Assembly: GCA_012518675.1 (NCBI GenBank)
Contig: JAAYRR010000052.1
Span: 8,214-72,213, forward strand
From: Bacillota bacterium
GTDB taxonomy: Bacteria > Bacillota > Dethiobacteria > DTU022 > UBA8154
Reading direction: 5' to 3'
DNA: 64,000 bases
Shown: in pieces, positions 35,322 to 44,436 of the stretch
How the letters are laid out: the number at the start of each line of letters is the position of its first letter
Position numbering within the stretch: the stretch's first letter is position 1
Program-made: the position numbers and the translations under genes
The notes under the pieces: generated by a model
Told to the model about the DNA's origin: nothing
The model's database searches: none
The model's input: the letters and a program-made list of their open reading frames with translations, nothing else

Positions 35322-36209
35322 ATGGAGAGGGTTTTAAAAGATTTCATCAGCTACCTTTTCGTAGAAAAAGGACTGGCTGCCAACACCCTGGATTCGTACC
35401 AGCGGGATTTACAAAAGTACCTGCGTTTTTTAAAACAACAGCGTATAATTCACTTTGAAGATACCTCCAGGAAAACTGTGTCACAATTTCTTCTGCATGA
35501 AAAAAACAGGGGCTTGGCCCCTTCAACGTTGTCCAGACACTTAGCGGCTGTACGTTCCTTCTATAACTTTCTTCTTCAAGAAAGGGTTGTGCAAAAAAAC
35601 CCTGCTGCAGAAACTGAATCCCCCCGCAATGAAAAAAAATTGCCCAAGGTGCTTTCTTTAAAAGACGTGGAATTGTTACTTGAACAGCCTGAAACCAGGG
35701 AAACTATCGGTATGCGGGATAAAGCCATGCTTGAACTTTTATATGCTTCCGGTGTCCGGGTTTCAGAACTTGTTTTTCTAAATTTGGACAGTATTAACCT
35801 GAAAACAGGATTTTTAAAATGTGTAGGCAAAGGCAACAAAGAAAGGATGATCCCCCTTGGTTCCATGGCCTTGCGCAGCGTACATGAATATCTCCGGGTT
35901 GGCAGGCCCAAACTGCTTAAGGAAAAGGATGAAAAAGCACTTTTTTTAAACCAGCATGGTAAACGCCTTACAAGGCAGGGCTTTTGGAAAATTTTAAAAA
36001 AATATGCCTTAAAAGCTAATTTTAACAAAAATATTACCCCCCACACCCTGCGTCATTCCTTTGCCACACACCTGCTGGAAAACGGTGCCGATCTGCGCTC
36101 TGTACAAGAGATGCTCGGCCATGCCGATATTTCCACCACCCAAATTTATACACAGATTACACAGAAAAAAATTAAAGAAATTTATGCAAAAACACATCCG
36201 CGGGCCTGA
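35322..36209 (+). CDS. xerD: Tyrosine recombinase XerD
   Basis: Catalytic R...HxxR...Y (TLRHSFATHLL; LGHADISTTQIYTQ). Phage-integrase core-binding N-terminal domain. Confidence 0.95.
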   Translation: MERVLKDFISYLFVEKGLAANTLDSYQRDLQKYLRFLKQQRIIHFEDTSRKTVSQFLLHEKNRGLAPSTLSRHLAAVRSFYNFLLQERVVQKNPAAETESPRNEKKLPKVLSLKDVELLLEQPETRETIGMRDKAMLELLYASGVRVSELVFLNLDSINLKTGFLKCVGKGNKERMIPLGSMALRSVHEYLRVGRPKLLKEKDEKALFLNQHGKRLTRQGFWKILKKYALKANFNKNITPHTLRHSFATHLLENGADLRSVQEMLGHADISTTQIYTQITQKKIKEIYAKTHPRA

Positions 36210-36223
36210 GGGAGGTTATAGCT

Positions 36224-37429
36224 ATTTCAATTAAGAGAGTTTTTATTGTTGTTTTAGACGGTGCAGGTGTCGGTGCTTTACCGGATGCTGACAAATTTGG
36301 GGATCAGGGCAGCAACACTTTGGGCCATGTGATCCAACAAAATAAAGGAATCAAGATCCCCAATTTAATTAACTTGGGTTTAAAAAATATCTTATCAGCA
36401 GATTTTTTTGTAAAAAACAGCGGGCCGGAAAGAATAATTGGAGCCTATGGAAAAATGGCGGAGCTTTCCCCGGGAAAAGATACCACTACAGGACACTGGG
36501 AACTGGCCGGGTTGGCGCTGAAAGAACCTTTTCCCCTTTACCCGCAGGGGTTTCCACCGGCAATAATTTCCTCCTTTGAAAAAATAACCGGCCGTAAAGT
36601 TTTGGGAAATATACCCTATTCCGGAACAGAGATTATTGAAAAGTTTGGTGAAAAGCATTTACAAACCGGTTGCCCTATTGTTTACACTTCTGCCGACAGT
36701 GTTTTTCAGGTTGCCGCTCACTTGGAGGTTGTTCCCTTAAACACTTTGTATGCCTGGTGTTCAAGGGCCCGGGAAGAAATTTTTGTTGGAAAACATGCCT
36801 TGGGCAGGGTCATTGCCCGGCCTTTTCAGGGTGTGCCCGGTAACTTTGTCCGTTCGGCGGCCGGACGCAAAGACTATTCTTTGCCGCCCCCGGGCCCGAC
36901 AATCCTAAATTTGGCCCTGGAAGCCGGCCACCAGGTCTGGACTGTAGGAAAAGTCAGTGATATCTTTGCCGGCAAAAATATTACCCGCCATCTGCCTGCC
37001 ACCGGCAACCAAAACATTATGAAGGTCATTAACGACACCTTGCAGGAAAATTTTACAGGGATTCTATGGGCCAACTTGGTTGACTTTGACATGCTTTACG
37101 GGCACCGTAACGATCCGCAGGGTTTTGCCCGGGCCCTGGAAGAATTTGATCTCTTCCTGGGACGAGCCATACATCTTTTAAGGGAAGGGGATCTGTTGGC
37201 CATTACGGCAGATCACGGCTGCGATCCAACTTTTAAAGGCACAGATCATACCAGGGAATATGTTCCCCTGCTTGTTTATGGCCCGGCCATTATACCTGCA
37301 GACTTAGGTACCAGAAAAAGCTTCGCTGATTTAGGAGCCACAGTAGCACAGGTGCTGGGTTGCAAACCAACTGTTAACGGCCGGAGTTTTGCCATGAAAC
37401 TATTCCGGGAAGGAAGCGAAAGGCAATGA
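36224..37429 (+). CDS. deoB: Phosphopentomutase (non-canonical or unresolved start)
   Basis: DeoB sequence is conserved from ...KRVFIVVLDGAGVGALPDADKFGDQGSNTLGHV, which lies upstream of the first ATG at 36320. The frame is open back to 36212 with GGGAGG at 36209-36214 but contains no ATG/GTG/TTG. An ATT (36224 or 36230) is the most likely initiator. Confidence 0.85.
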   Translation: MSIKRVFIVVLDGAGVGALPDADKFGDQGSNTLGHVIQQNKGIKIPNLINLGLKNILSADFFVKNSGPERIIGAYGKMAELSPGKDTTTGHWELAGLALKEPFPLYPQGFPPAIISSFEKITGRKVLGNIPYSGTEIIEKFGEKHLQTGCPIVYTSADSVFQVAAHLEVVPLNTLYAWCSRAREEIFVGKHALGRVIARPFQGVPGNFVRSAAGRKDYSLPPPGPTILNLALEAGHQVWTVGKVSDIFAGKNITRHLPATGNQNIMKVINDTLQENFTGILWANLVDFDMLYGHRNDPQGFARALEEFDLFLGRAIHLLREGDLLAITADHGCDPTFKGTDHTREYVPLLVYGPAIIPADLGTRKSFADLGATVAQVLGCKPTVNGRSFAMKLFREGSERQ

Positions 37430-38742
37430 AGGCGCTAGATTTAATTAACAAAAAAAAGAACGGTGAAACACTTTCCAAGGAAGAAATCTATTTCCTGATT
37501 AATGCTTTTAACGCGGGTGATGTACCTGACTACCAGATGGCTGCTCTTTTAATGGCCATCTATTTTCAGGGGTTAAACACCAAGGAGACTACAGCTCTGA
37601 CAGCAGCTTTGGCAGAATCCGGGGAGGTACTCGACTTTTCATTTTTGGGAACAGCGGTCGCTGACAAACACAGCAGCGGTGGGGTAGGAGACAAAATAAC
37701 GCTGATCATGGCTCCCTTAGTGGCTGCAGCCGGTGTACCCTTGGCCAAAATTTCAGGGCGGGGGTTGGGCTTTACAGGGGGCACAATTGATAAACTGGAA
37801 AGTATCCCCGGTTTTAGTACACAGTTGCCTGTTAAAAGGTTCATAGAATTAGTTCAAAAAAACAACTTAGCCATTATGGCACAGACAGATAAACTAACAC
37901 CGGCTGAGGGCAAACTTTATGCCTTGCGGGACGTAACAGGTACAGTGGAAAACCTTTCTTTAATTGCCGCCTCAATTATGAGTAAAAAAATAGCTGCCGG
38001 AGCTGATGCTATTTTACTGGATGTTAAATTGGGAAAGGGTGCCTTTATACAGGAAAGAGAAGCCGCCTTCCAGTTGGCTGAAACCATGTTCCGTATCGGT
38101 AACGAAATGGGCAGACAGGTTGTTTCCGTTGTAACAAATATGAACCAGCCCCTGGGGTTTGCTGTCGGCAATGCTTTGGAAGTCAAAGAAGCACTGTCTG
38201 TTTTAAGCGGGGAAGGCCCGGCTGACTTAGAACAACTGAGCCTGTTACTGGGGGGTTACCTGCTGACTTTAGTCGACAAGGTCAGGAATCCGGATGAAGG
38301 GGAACAAGAATTGGCAAGGCTCTTGAAAAGCGGGGCCGGACTGGCCAAGTTTAAAGAACTGGTTGCTTCCCAGGGAGGGGATACCGCTTATTGTGATCAT
38401 CCTGCCTTGTTCCCATCTACAAAATACAGACAAAAAATGACAGCTCCCCGGGCCGGCTATCTGCGGGAAATACACGCCGGAAAAATTGGCCAGGTTGCCG
38501 CCATGCTCGGGGCGGGAAGATTTTATAAGGAACAGCAGATTGATCCTGCAGCAGGAATCGTGCTCAGCCATAAAGTTGGTGATTTTGTTGCAGAGGGCGA
38601 AACCCTGGCCTGTCTCCACGGAAACGACAAAAACATTATAGAAGAAGCCCTCAAGGGATTAAACAGCGCCTTTGCTATCGGTGAAGAAAGACCGGAGGAC
38701 TTGCCGCTTGTTTACGGGGTCGTACCTCCTTTTCCATGCTAA
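37426..38742 (+). CDS. pdp: Pyrimidine-nucleoside (thymidine) phosphorylase
   Basis: 438 aa; glycosyltransferase family-3 N-terminal domain and conserved SSGGVGDKITL... Overlaps deoB by 4 nt. Confidence 0.95.
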   Translation: MKALDLINKKKNGETLSKEEIYFLINAFNAGDVPDYQMAALLMAIYFQGLNTKETTALTAALAESGEVLDFSFLGTAVADKHSSGGVGDKITLIMAPLVAAAGVPLAKISGRGLGFTGGTIDKLESIPGFSTQLPVKRFIELVQKNNLAIMAQTDKLTPAEGKLYALRDVTGTVENLSLIAASIMSKKIAAGADAILLDVKLGKGAFIQEREAAFQLAETMFRIGNEMGRQVVSVVTNMNQPLGFAVGNALEVKEALSVLSGEGPADLEQLSLLLGGYLLTLVDKVRNPDEGEQELARLLKSGAGLAKFKELVASQGGDTAYCDHPALFPSTKYRQKMTAPRAGYLREIHAGKIGQVAAMLGAGRFYKEQQIDPAAGIVLSHKVGDFVAEGETLACLHGNDKNIIEEALKGLNSAFAIGEERPEDLPLVYGVVPPFPC

Positions 38743-38822
38743 GTACAACCCTGCCAGGCCCCCTGCCTTGGGTATCATTTCATAAACAGTGGAGAAAATA
38801 AAAGGCAGGAGGGATACAGTTC

Positions 38823-40010
38823 ATGAAAGTTAAATTAATAAACAAAGCCTACCTGATATTTTCCTTAGCAATGCTTTTTTTTCTCCTGTTCCTTTTGCCG
38901 GCAGGTCAAACCGTGCAAGCTTTTAACCCCAAAATTCATGCCAAGGCTGCCCTGTTAATGGAACCGGAAACGGGGGAGATTATTTTTGCCTACAATGAAC
39001 ATGAACAGCTTTATCCTGCCAGCATAACCAAAATTATGACCCTATTGCTGGTGATGGAAGATCTAAACAAAGGGGAAATAAAGCTGGAAGAGCAGGTTGT
39101 TGTTTCAGAAAGAGCTTCCTCTATGGGCGGCTCTGAAATTTTTTTAAGCGCCGGCGACGTTGTTGACCTGGAGTCCCTATTAATCGGCATTACAGTGGGT
39201 TCAGCCAACGATGCTGCCGTAGCAGTGGCCGAACACCTGGCTGGCAGCGTGGAAGCCTTTGCGGAGCGTATGAACAGGCGGGCTGTGGAACTGGGGATGA
39301 AAAACACAAATTTTGTCAACCCCACTGGACTACATCACGAAAAGCACGTCACCACCGCTTATGACGTTGCCCTGATGAGTAAGGAAATAATTAAGCACCC
39401 CCTGTTTTTTAACTGGAGTAAAATCTGGATGGATGAAAACTTTTTGGAAGGCAAAATTAAAAGCGGCAAGGTATACCTTAGCAATACAAACCGTTTAATT
39501 TTCGACTACCGCCATTGCGATGGCCTCAAAACAGGGTTTACACGCCAGTCAGGACATAGCATTTCTGCAACGGCAAAAAGGGAAAATACACGCTTTTTGG
39601 CGGTCATTTTGAATGCACCCTCCAGCCAGGTACGTTATGAAGAAGCTGTAAACCTGCTAAACCATGGTTTTGCTAATTATGAATATATTCCCCTGGCGGA
39701 GGAAAAAGAAAAAATAGCACGGCTGCCTGTAGAAAAAGGTCATATCACCGCGGTTGATGTTCTCGTCAATGAAAACCTGAGCATGCTGCTAAAAAAAGGT
39801 GAAGAAATACAATATACTACAGAAACCTTTTTACCAAAGAAACTAGAAGCCCCGCTTTCTGACGGCAGTACAATCGGAAAAATAAAAGTTACTGCAGGCG
39901 AAAAAATACTGCGGGAAGTTGACTTGGTAGCAGCAGAAAATATTAGAAAGGCTTCTTTACCCTTACTTTTTTCCCGGTATTTAAAAACCTGGTTAAAGTT
40001 TGGCTACTAG
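38823..40010 (+). CDS. dacF: Sporulation-specific D-alanyl-D-alanine carboxypeptidase (PBP5 family) upstream of spoIIA
   Basis: SxxK (ASITKIM), SxN (GSANDAA), KTG (LKTGFT). Signal peptide. Position 5' of spoIIAA-spoIIAB-sigF. Confidence 0.9.
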   Translation: MKVKLINKAYLIFSLAMLFFLLFLLPAGQTVQAFNPKIHAKAALLMEPETGEIIFAYNEHEQLYPASITKIMTLLLVMEDLNKGEIKLEEQVVVSERASSMGGSEIFLSAGDVVDLESLLIGITVGSANDAAVAVAEHLAGSVEAFAERMNRRAVELGMKNTNFVNPTGLHHEKHVTTAYDVALMSKEIIKHPLFFNWSKIWMDENFLEGKIKSGKVYLSNTNRLIFDYRHCDGLKTGFTRQSGHSISATAKRENTRFLAVILNAPSSQVRYEEAVNLLNHGFANYEYIPLAEEKEKIARLPVEKGHITAVDVLVNENLSMLLKKGEEIQYTTETFLPKKLEAPLSDGSTIGKIKVTAGEKILREVDLVAAENIRKASLPLLFSRYLKTWLKFGY

Positions 40011-40016
40011 CAACTT

Positions 40017-40040
40017 AAAGCCCTGAAGGGCTTTTTTTTT
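40017..40040 (+). terminator. Intrinsic terminator after dacF (AAAGCCCT-gaa-GGGCTTT + T9)
   Basis: Perfect short hairpin followed by nine T residues. Confidence 0.7.
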
Positions 40041-40042
40041 GC

Positions 40043-40070
40043 AGGAAATTTAAGAAAAACGTAGAAGTAT
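40043..40070 (+). promoter_or_regulatory. Sigma-H-like promoter candidate for spoIIA operon (AGGAAAT - 14 nt - GAAGTAT)
   Basis: -35 AGGAAAT at 40043-40049. The -10 region cgtaGAAGTAT has one mismatch to RNNGAATWW. It lies between the dacF terminator and spoIIAA. Confidence 0.3.
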
Positions 40071-40097
40071 TTTCCAGATGGAGGAAAAGGGGGGTTA

Positions 40098-40439
40098 TTG
40101 TTGCAGGTACAGTTAATCCGCAAAAGATACAACCTGATTGTTAGGCTTAAGGGAGAGCTGGATCACCATACTGCAAATTTATTTCGCCGGCCGGTGGAAA
40201 AGGAACTTAAAAAAGACATCATTCAAAACCTGATTCTAAACTTGGAGAGCCTGACTTTTATGGATAGTTCGGGGCTGGGGGTTATTCTGGGCCGTTATAA
40301 ACAGATCAAAGAACGGGGGGGCAAAGTTGTTATCTGCGGCCTGGATAAACATAATCAAAAGATATTACAGTTAGGCGGCCTGTTGAAAATAATACCTGTT
40401 TGCAGTGATGAGGACGAGGCACTGGCAAAACTTAAATAA
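40098..40439 (+). CDS. spoIIAA: Anti-sigma-F factor antagonist (STAS domain)
   Basis: 113 aa, ...LTFMDSSGLGVILGRYKQIKERGGKVVICGL... (phosphorylatable Ser in DSSG). Confidence 0.95.
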   Translation: MLQVQLIRKRYNLIVRLKGELDHHTANLFRRPVEKELKKDIIQNLILNLESLTFMDSSGLGVILGRYKQIKERGGKVVICGLDKHNQKILQLGGLLKIIPVCSDEDEALAKLK

Positions 40440-40527
40440 TACTTATTGCATACACTGCAAAATTTTTCAAATCCCTAACTGCCCCTTGCGGGGAAAGGCT
40501 AATTGTAAACAGGAGGTGCAAGCTAAC

Positions 40528-40989
40528 TTGGAGGAATACACAATAAAGAAAACAACGGACTATATGGCTCTGGAAGTACCGGCAAAATCTGAAAATGAAA
40601 GTTTTGTGCGGGTTGTGGTGGCTGCTTTTGCTGCACGCCTAGATCCTACCCTGGAGGAAATTAACGAGCTAAAAACTGCTGTTTCAGAGGCAGTAACCAA
40701 CAGCATTCTGCATGCCTATGAATACAGTACAGGTATTATCAGAATCAGGGCCTTAATTGAAAAGCAGCAGTTTTTTGTAGAAATACATGATTCCGGCAAA
40801 GGCATCAAGGATATTGCACAGGCCCGTGAACCTCTTTATACAGATAAACCTGAACTGGAAAGATCCGGCATGGGCTTTACTATTATGGAAAACTTTATGG
40901 ACCAGGTTACAATCGAATCTGCCCCGGGAAAAGGAACGACTATTAAAATGCTAAAAACCTTCGGCAAAAGCACGGAAAAAAATCATTGA
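40528..40989 (+). CDS. spoIIAB: Anti-sigma-F factor (serine kinase, GHKL ATPase)
   Basis: …NESFVRVVVAAFAARLDPT…ELKTAVSEAVTNSILHAY…DSGKGI…GMGFTIMENFMD. The TTG start at 40528 lies 10 nt after AGGAGGT; the track ORF is extended 5' in-frame. Confidence 0.85.
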   Translation: MEEYTIKKTTDYMALEVPAKSENESFVRVVVAAFAARLDPTLEEINELKTAVSEAVTNSILHAYEYSTGIIRIRALIEKQQFFVEIHDSGKGIKDIAQAREPLYTDKPELERSGMGFTIMENFMDQVTIESAPGKGTTIKMLKTFGKSTEKNH

Positions 40990-41002
40990 AAGGGTTACTG
41001 TT

Positions 41003-41716
41003 ATGCCGCTTTATTCTGAAAAAGAATTAGAAGAGCTTTATTACAAAAATAAGGAGGGTGACCCCCAAGCCAAGGAAAAACTTATTTCCTTTAACTTACC
41101 CTTAGTACATGCTCTTTGCCGCCGTTACCCTGCACAAACAGTAGGCTATGAAGATATTTTTCAGGAAGGTTGCATTGGGCTTCTTAAAGCTTTACAGAAA
41201 TATGATCCGGAAAAAGGGGCAAAATTTTCCACCTATGCCGTTCCTTTTATCCTGGGCAACATCAAGGCCTGCCTGCGACAAAACGGGCATCTCCTTAAAT
41301 TTTCACGTTCCCATTATGCACATTTTTACCGGTTTCTTCAAGAGAGGGACAACCTGGAACAGGCACTGCAGCGGAAACCCCATCTGGAAGAAATTGCTGC
41401 AAAAATGGGGCTGCCTGTGGAAGAAATTATCTTGCTAACGGAAATGCAACAGCCAACCGTGCCTTTAACGGATGAAGTTTCAGGCACTCTTATTTCCGGG
41501 GCAAAAAACCAGGGTTTTAACCTTGATAAAATTTTTAATCATATTGTTTTGCAGGAAAAACTACAAATACTGCCCCCGCGGGAGAAACAAATTATTGTTC
41601 TACGTTATTTTCTGGAAAAAAGCCAGGAGGAAACCGCTCAAATCCTGGGGTTATCCCAAAGGCATATCTCCCGCCTGGAAAAAAAGGCCATGGAAATGCT
41701 AAAAAAAAGCCGGTAA
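41003..41716 (+). CDS. sigF: RNA polymerase sporulation sigma factor sigma-F
   Basis: Sigma-70 regions 2 (EDIFQEGCIGLLKALQKYDPEKGAKFSTYAVPFILGNIK) and 4 (ETAQILGLSQRHISRLEKKAM); position after spoIIAB. Confidence 0.9.
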   Translation: MPLYSEKELEELYYKNKEGDPQAKEKLISFNLPLVHALCRRYPAQTVGYEDIFQEGCIGLLKALQKYDPEKGAKFSTYAVPFILGNIKACLRQNGHLLKFSRSHYAHFYRFLQERDNLEQALQRKPHLEEIAAKMGLPVEEIILLTEMQQPTVPLTDEVSGTLISGAKNQGFNLDKIFNHIVLQEKLQILPPREKQIIVLRYFLEKSQEETAQILGLSQRHISRLEKKAMEMLKKSR

Positions 41717-41765
41717 GGAAGCTGCAATGTTAAAACTGTTTCCCTTCTTCCCCCTGGGGGGGGAC

Positions 41766-41801
41766 AAAAAAGGCCCTGTTTTTTAGCAAGGCCTTTTTTT
41801 G
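41766..41801 (+). terminator. Intrinsic (bidirectional-type) terminator after sigF: AAAAAAGGCC-loop-GGCCTTTTTTT
   Basis: GC stem flanked by an A-run and a T-run. Confidence 0.6.
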
Positions 41802-41878
41802 TTATAAAAAAAATAGCCGGGAGGGATAATAGGAAAAGAAATATTTACCCAAAAAAGTTATTTTAGGGGGAAATAGAA

Positions 41879-42085
41879 ATGCAAAAAAGCCAACAATTGG
41901 TTTTTTTAATTATGATCGTTATTTTAGCCGTTGCCTTTTTCACTTTTGTTTTAACATATTCGTTGCTGCCACCCAAGGAACAGGTTCCCCGCCGTTCACG
42001 GGTTGTAATTCATCCTGTAACAGTTTATAACCTGCAGGCAGGCAGTTTTTTACCGGCAGATCTTTATGTCTCTGTCCACTATTAA
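41879..42085 (+). CDS. Small hypothetical membrane protein (68 aa, one TM)
   Basis: RBS GGGGG upstream and a hydrophobic core LVFLIMIVILAVAFFTFVLTY. No recognised family. Confidence 0.35.
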   Translation: MQKSQQLVFLIMIVILAVAFFTFVLTYSLLPPKEQVPRRSRVVIHPVTVYNLQAGSFLPADLYVSVHY

Positions 42086-42210
42086 GTTTCGCCCGGCTGG
42101 GTTTAACATTTTTTAACCGCTACGAACTGGAATAAATGCAGGGGATATGTGGCAAGCTAAGGCCGTTAAACTTTCAATAAAATATAAAAGACGAAAGGAA
42201 AGATGAAACT

Positions 42211-42420
42211 ATGAGTGTAGCCAAAATAATTGAATTGATCGGCGCCTCAGATTTAAGCTGGGAAGACGCAGTACAGGATGCAGTGCAAAAAGCTTCCGAA
42301 ACGGTGGAAGGTATTACGGGGGTTGAAGTACAAAACTTTACTGCCAATGTTGAAAATGATGAAGTAATAGAATATAAGGCAAACGTGAAGTTAGCTTTTG
42401 AAGTATTGGAAAACCGCTAA
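42211..42420 (+). CDS. Dodecin family flavin-binding protein
   Basis: 69 aa, MSVAKIIELIGASDLSWEDAVQDAVQKASETVEGITGVEVQNFTANVENDEVIEYKANVKLAFEV, a classic dodecin. RBS AAAGGAAAG. Confidence 0.75.
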   Translation: MSVAKIIELIGASDLSWEDAVQDAVQKASETVEGITGVEVQNFTANVENDEVIEYKANVKLAFEVLENR

Positions 42421-42465
42421 ATTAAGTATTAAGGCAGGTGGAACACCGTTAATAATAAAAAAAAG

Positions 42466-42909
42466 GATGAAGATGTTCTTGTAGACTTAAATTGGGTTCG
42501 AAAATGGGGCCAATTAAAGCAACCCAAGCCCCCTTTGGTAAAAAACGTCCTGTCAGCTTTTCTTTTTGGGGGAGCAATTTGCTTTTTAGGACAGTTGATC
42601 CTGAATTTTTATATTTCCTTAGGGGTACCCCTGCAACAAGCGGGAAACCCTACGGTAGCAACTGTTATTTTTATTGCGGCAGTGCTTACCGGCTTAGGGG
42701 TATTTGATGACATTGCAAACTTGGCAGGGGCCGGAACAGCCGTACCGATCACCGGCTTTGCCAACTCCGTAGTTTCCATGGCTATAGAATTCAGAAGAGA
42801 AGGCTGGGTTCTGGGAACCGGTTCCAAAATGTTTGGCTTGGCCGGTTCGGTAATCATGTTTGGGGTAGTAACCGCTTTTATTGTAGGGCTAATTTCAGCC
42901 TTGATTTAA
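42466..42909 (+). CDS. spoVAC: Stage V sporulation protein AC
   Basis: SpoVAC signature ...NVLSAFLFGGAICFLGQ... The frame is open back to ATG 42466 (MKDVLVDLNWVRKWGQLKQPKPPLVKN...), which gives a typical length of about 147 aa; the track start is an internal TTG. Confidence 0.85.
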   Translation, partial: DEDVLVDLNWVRKWGQLKQPKPPLVKNVLSAFLFGGAICFLGQLILNFYISLGVPLQQAGNPTVATVIFIAAVLTGLGVFDDIANLAGAGTAVPITGFANSVVSMAIEFRREGWVLGTGSKMFGLAGSVIMFGVVTAFIVGLISALI

Positions 42910-42961
42910 AAAAATCCTGTTCCGGGGGAAATAGTCTTTCAGGTGGGGGATGAATTAAGAG

Positions 42962-43984
42962 TTGCAGGTCTATACTGAACAAAAAAAAGTTGGCAAACAA
43001 AGCGTCCTAATGGGAAAAAAAGTTGCTATTCTTGCTGCAGCAACGGTTGCAGGCCCCAAAGAAAGTTTGGGGCCTTTATCAAACTTTTTTGATCGCCATT
43101 ATGAAGATACGATCCTTGCAGAAAAAAGTTTTGAAAGGGCCGAATGCCGCATGCTGGAGGAGGCCTGTTATTTAGCCCTGGGCAAAGCAGGTTTGTCCCC
43201 GGAGGATATGGATTACTATCTCGGCGGTGATCTTTTAAACCAGGTTATTTCATCCACTTTTTGTGCCAGAAGCTTGGCCATACCTTACCTGGGCATCTTC
43301 GGTGCCTGTTCTACCCTGGCAGAAGGGCTGTCGCTGGGAACAATGCTTATTCAGGGCGGTTTTGCAAAGTATATTCTAGTGGCCACCTCCAGCCATAATT
43401 GTTCTGCAGAAAGGCAATACCGCTATCCTACTGAATATGGTTTCCAGAAGCCCGGTTATAGCCAGTGGACTGTAACAGGAGCTGGAGCCGTTGTGCTAGG
43501 CCCCGCCGGGGGGAAGGGCCCCCGTATTGAAGCTATAACCACCGGCAAAGTTGTCGATGCCGGGGAAAAAGATCCCTATGCCCTGGGGTCAGCGATGGCC
43601 CCGGCTGCTGCAGATACCATTTATAATCATTTTGTGGAATTAAAGCGTAATCCCGCCCATTATGATCTTATTTTGAGCGGTGACTTAGGGGGAGTGGGGA
43701 AGAAGTTAAATGAAGATATCCTGGCCGGCAAGGGGTTTGACATCACACCCTATTATACTGACTGCGGGGTATTAATTTATTACCCACACCAGAAGGTAAA
43801 CGCCGGCGGCAGTGGCTGTGCCTGTATTGCCTTAGTTTTTTTAGGTTACTATTATCAAAAAATGTTGGCCCAGGAATTAAAACGGGTCTTACTTGTTGCT
43901 ACCGGGGCCCTACATAGCCCCACCACCTTTATGCAAAGAGAAAGCATTCCAGCCATAGCGCATGCTCTCTCGATAGAAACATGA
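42962..43984 (+). CDS. spoVAD: Stage V sporulation protein AD (thiolase-like fold)
   Basis: …GKQSVLMGKKVAILAAATVAGPKESLGPL…GACSTLAEGL… is typical of SpoVAD. TTG start. Confidence 0.9.
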   Translation: MQVYTEQKKVGKQSVLMGKKVAILAAATVAGPKESLGPLSNFFDRHYEDTILAEKSFERAECRMLEEACYLALGKAGLSPEDMDYYLGGDLLNQVISSTFCARSLAIPYLGIFGACSTLAEGLSLGTMLIQGGFAKYILVATSSHNCSAERQYRYPTEYGFQKPGYSQWTVTGAGAVVLGPAGGKGPRIEAITTGKVVDAGEKDPYALGSAMAPAAADTIYNHFVELKRNPAHYDLILSGDLGGVGKKLNEDILAGKGFDITPYYTDCGVLIYYPHQKVNAGGSGCACIALVFLGYYYQKMLAQELKRVLLVATGALHSPTTFMQRESIPAIAHALSIET

Positions 43985-44006
43985 AGTGAAATAAGGGGGA
44001 ATTGTT

Positions 44007-44360
44007 GTGGGCAGCTATTTTACTGCCTTTTTAGTCGGCGGGCTAATTTGTGTGGTTGGCCAGTTACTTTTTGATTTAACCCCCTTTACTCCCGGTCATA
44101 TTTTATCCGGCTTCGTTGTTGCCGGAGGCATTCTCGGGGGGTTGGGAATTTATGATAAACTGATCGATTTTGCCGGTGCCGGGGCTCTGCTGCCCATTGC
44201 CAGTTTTGGTAACTCTTTGGCAAAAGGAGCTATGCTCGAAGCAGCCCGCACAGGCGTAGTCGGCATTTTAACAGGAATGTTTGAACTGACTTCTTCAGGT
44301 ATAACATCGGCCATCGTCTTCAGCTTTTTTATGGCCATGTTTTTTAAACCAAGGGGCTAG
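44007..44360 (+). CDS. spoVAE: Stage V sporulation protein AE (SpoVAEB-type)
   Basis: 117 aa, FLVGGLICVVGQLLFD... (paralogous to SpoVAC). GTG start. Confidence 0.85.
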   Translation: MGSYFTAFLVGGLICVVGQLLFDLTPFTPGHILSGFVVAGGILGGLGIYDKLIDFAGAGALLPIASFGNSLAKGAMLEAARTGVVGILTGMFELTSSGITSAIVFSFFMAMFFKPRG

Positions 44361-44436
44361 TCCACTGTTTAAATTTAACATGAAATAATATCTATTATTT
44401 TTTTGCGGACCTGAACAACATCAAAGGAAGCAAAAT

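Noticed and set aside
35322-36209. Tyrosine recombinase as marker of an integrated mobile element
   Set aside because: The sequence and context (spoIIM-xerD-deoB-pdp, as in B. subtilis ripX) indicate the chromosomal dimer-resolution recombinase XerD. No flanking att-like repeats, tRNA or phage genes are present.
42492-42707. 71-aa ORF (MGSKMGPIKATQAPFGKKRP...) overlapping the spoVAC 5' region in another frame
   Set aside because: The spoVAC frame is open and conserved through this region (…NVLSAFLFGGAICFLGQ…). The overlapping frame is spurious.
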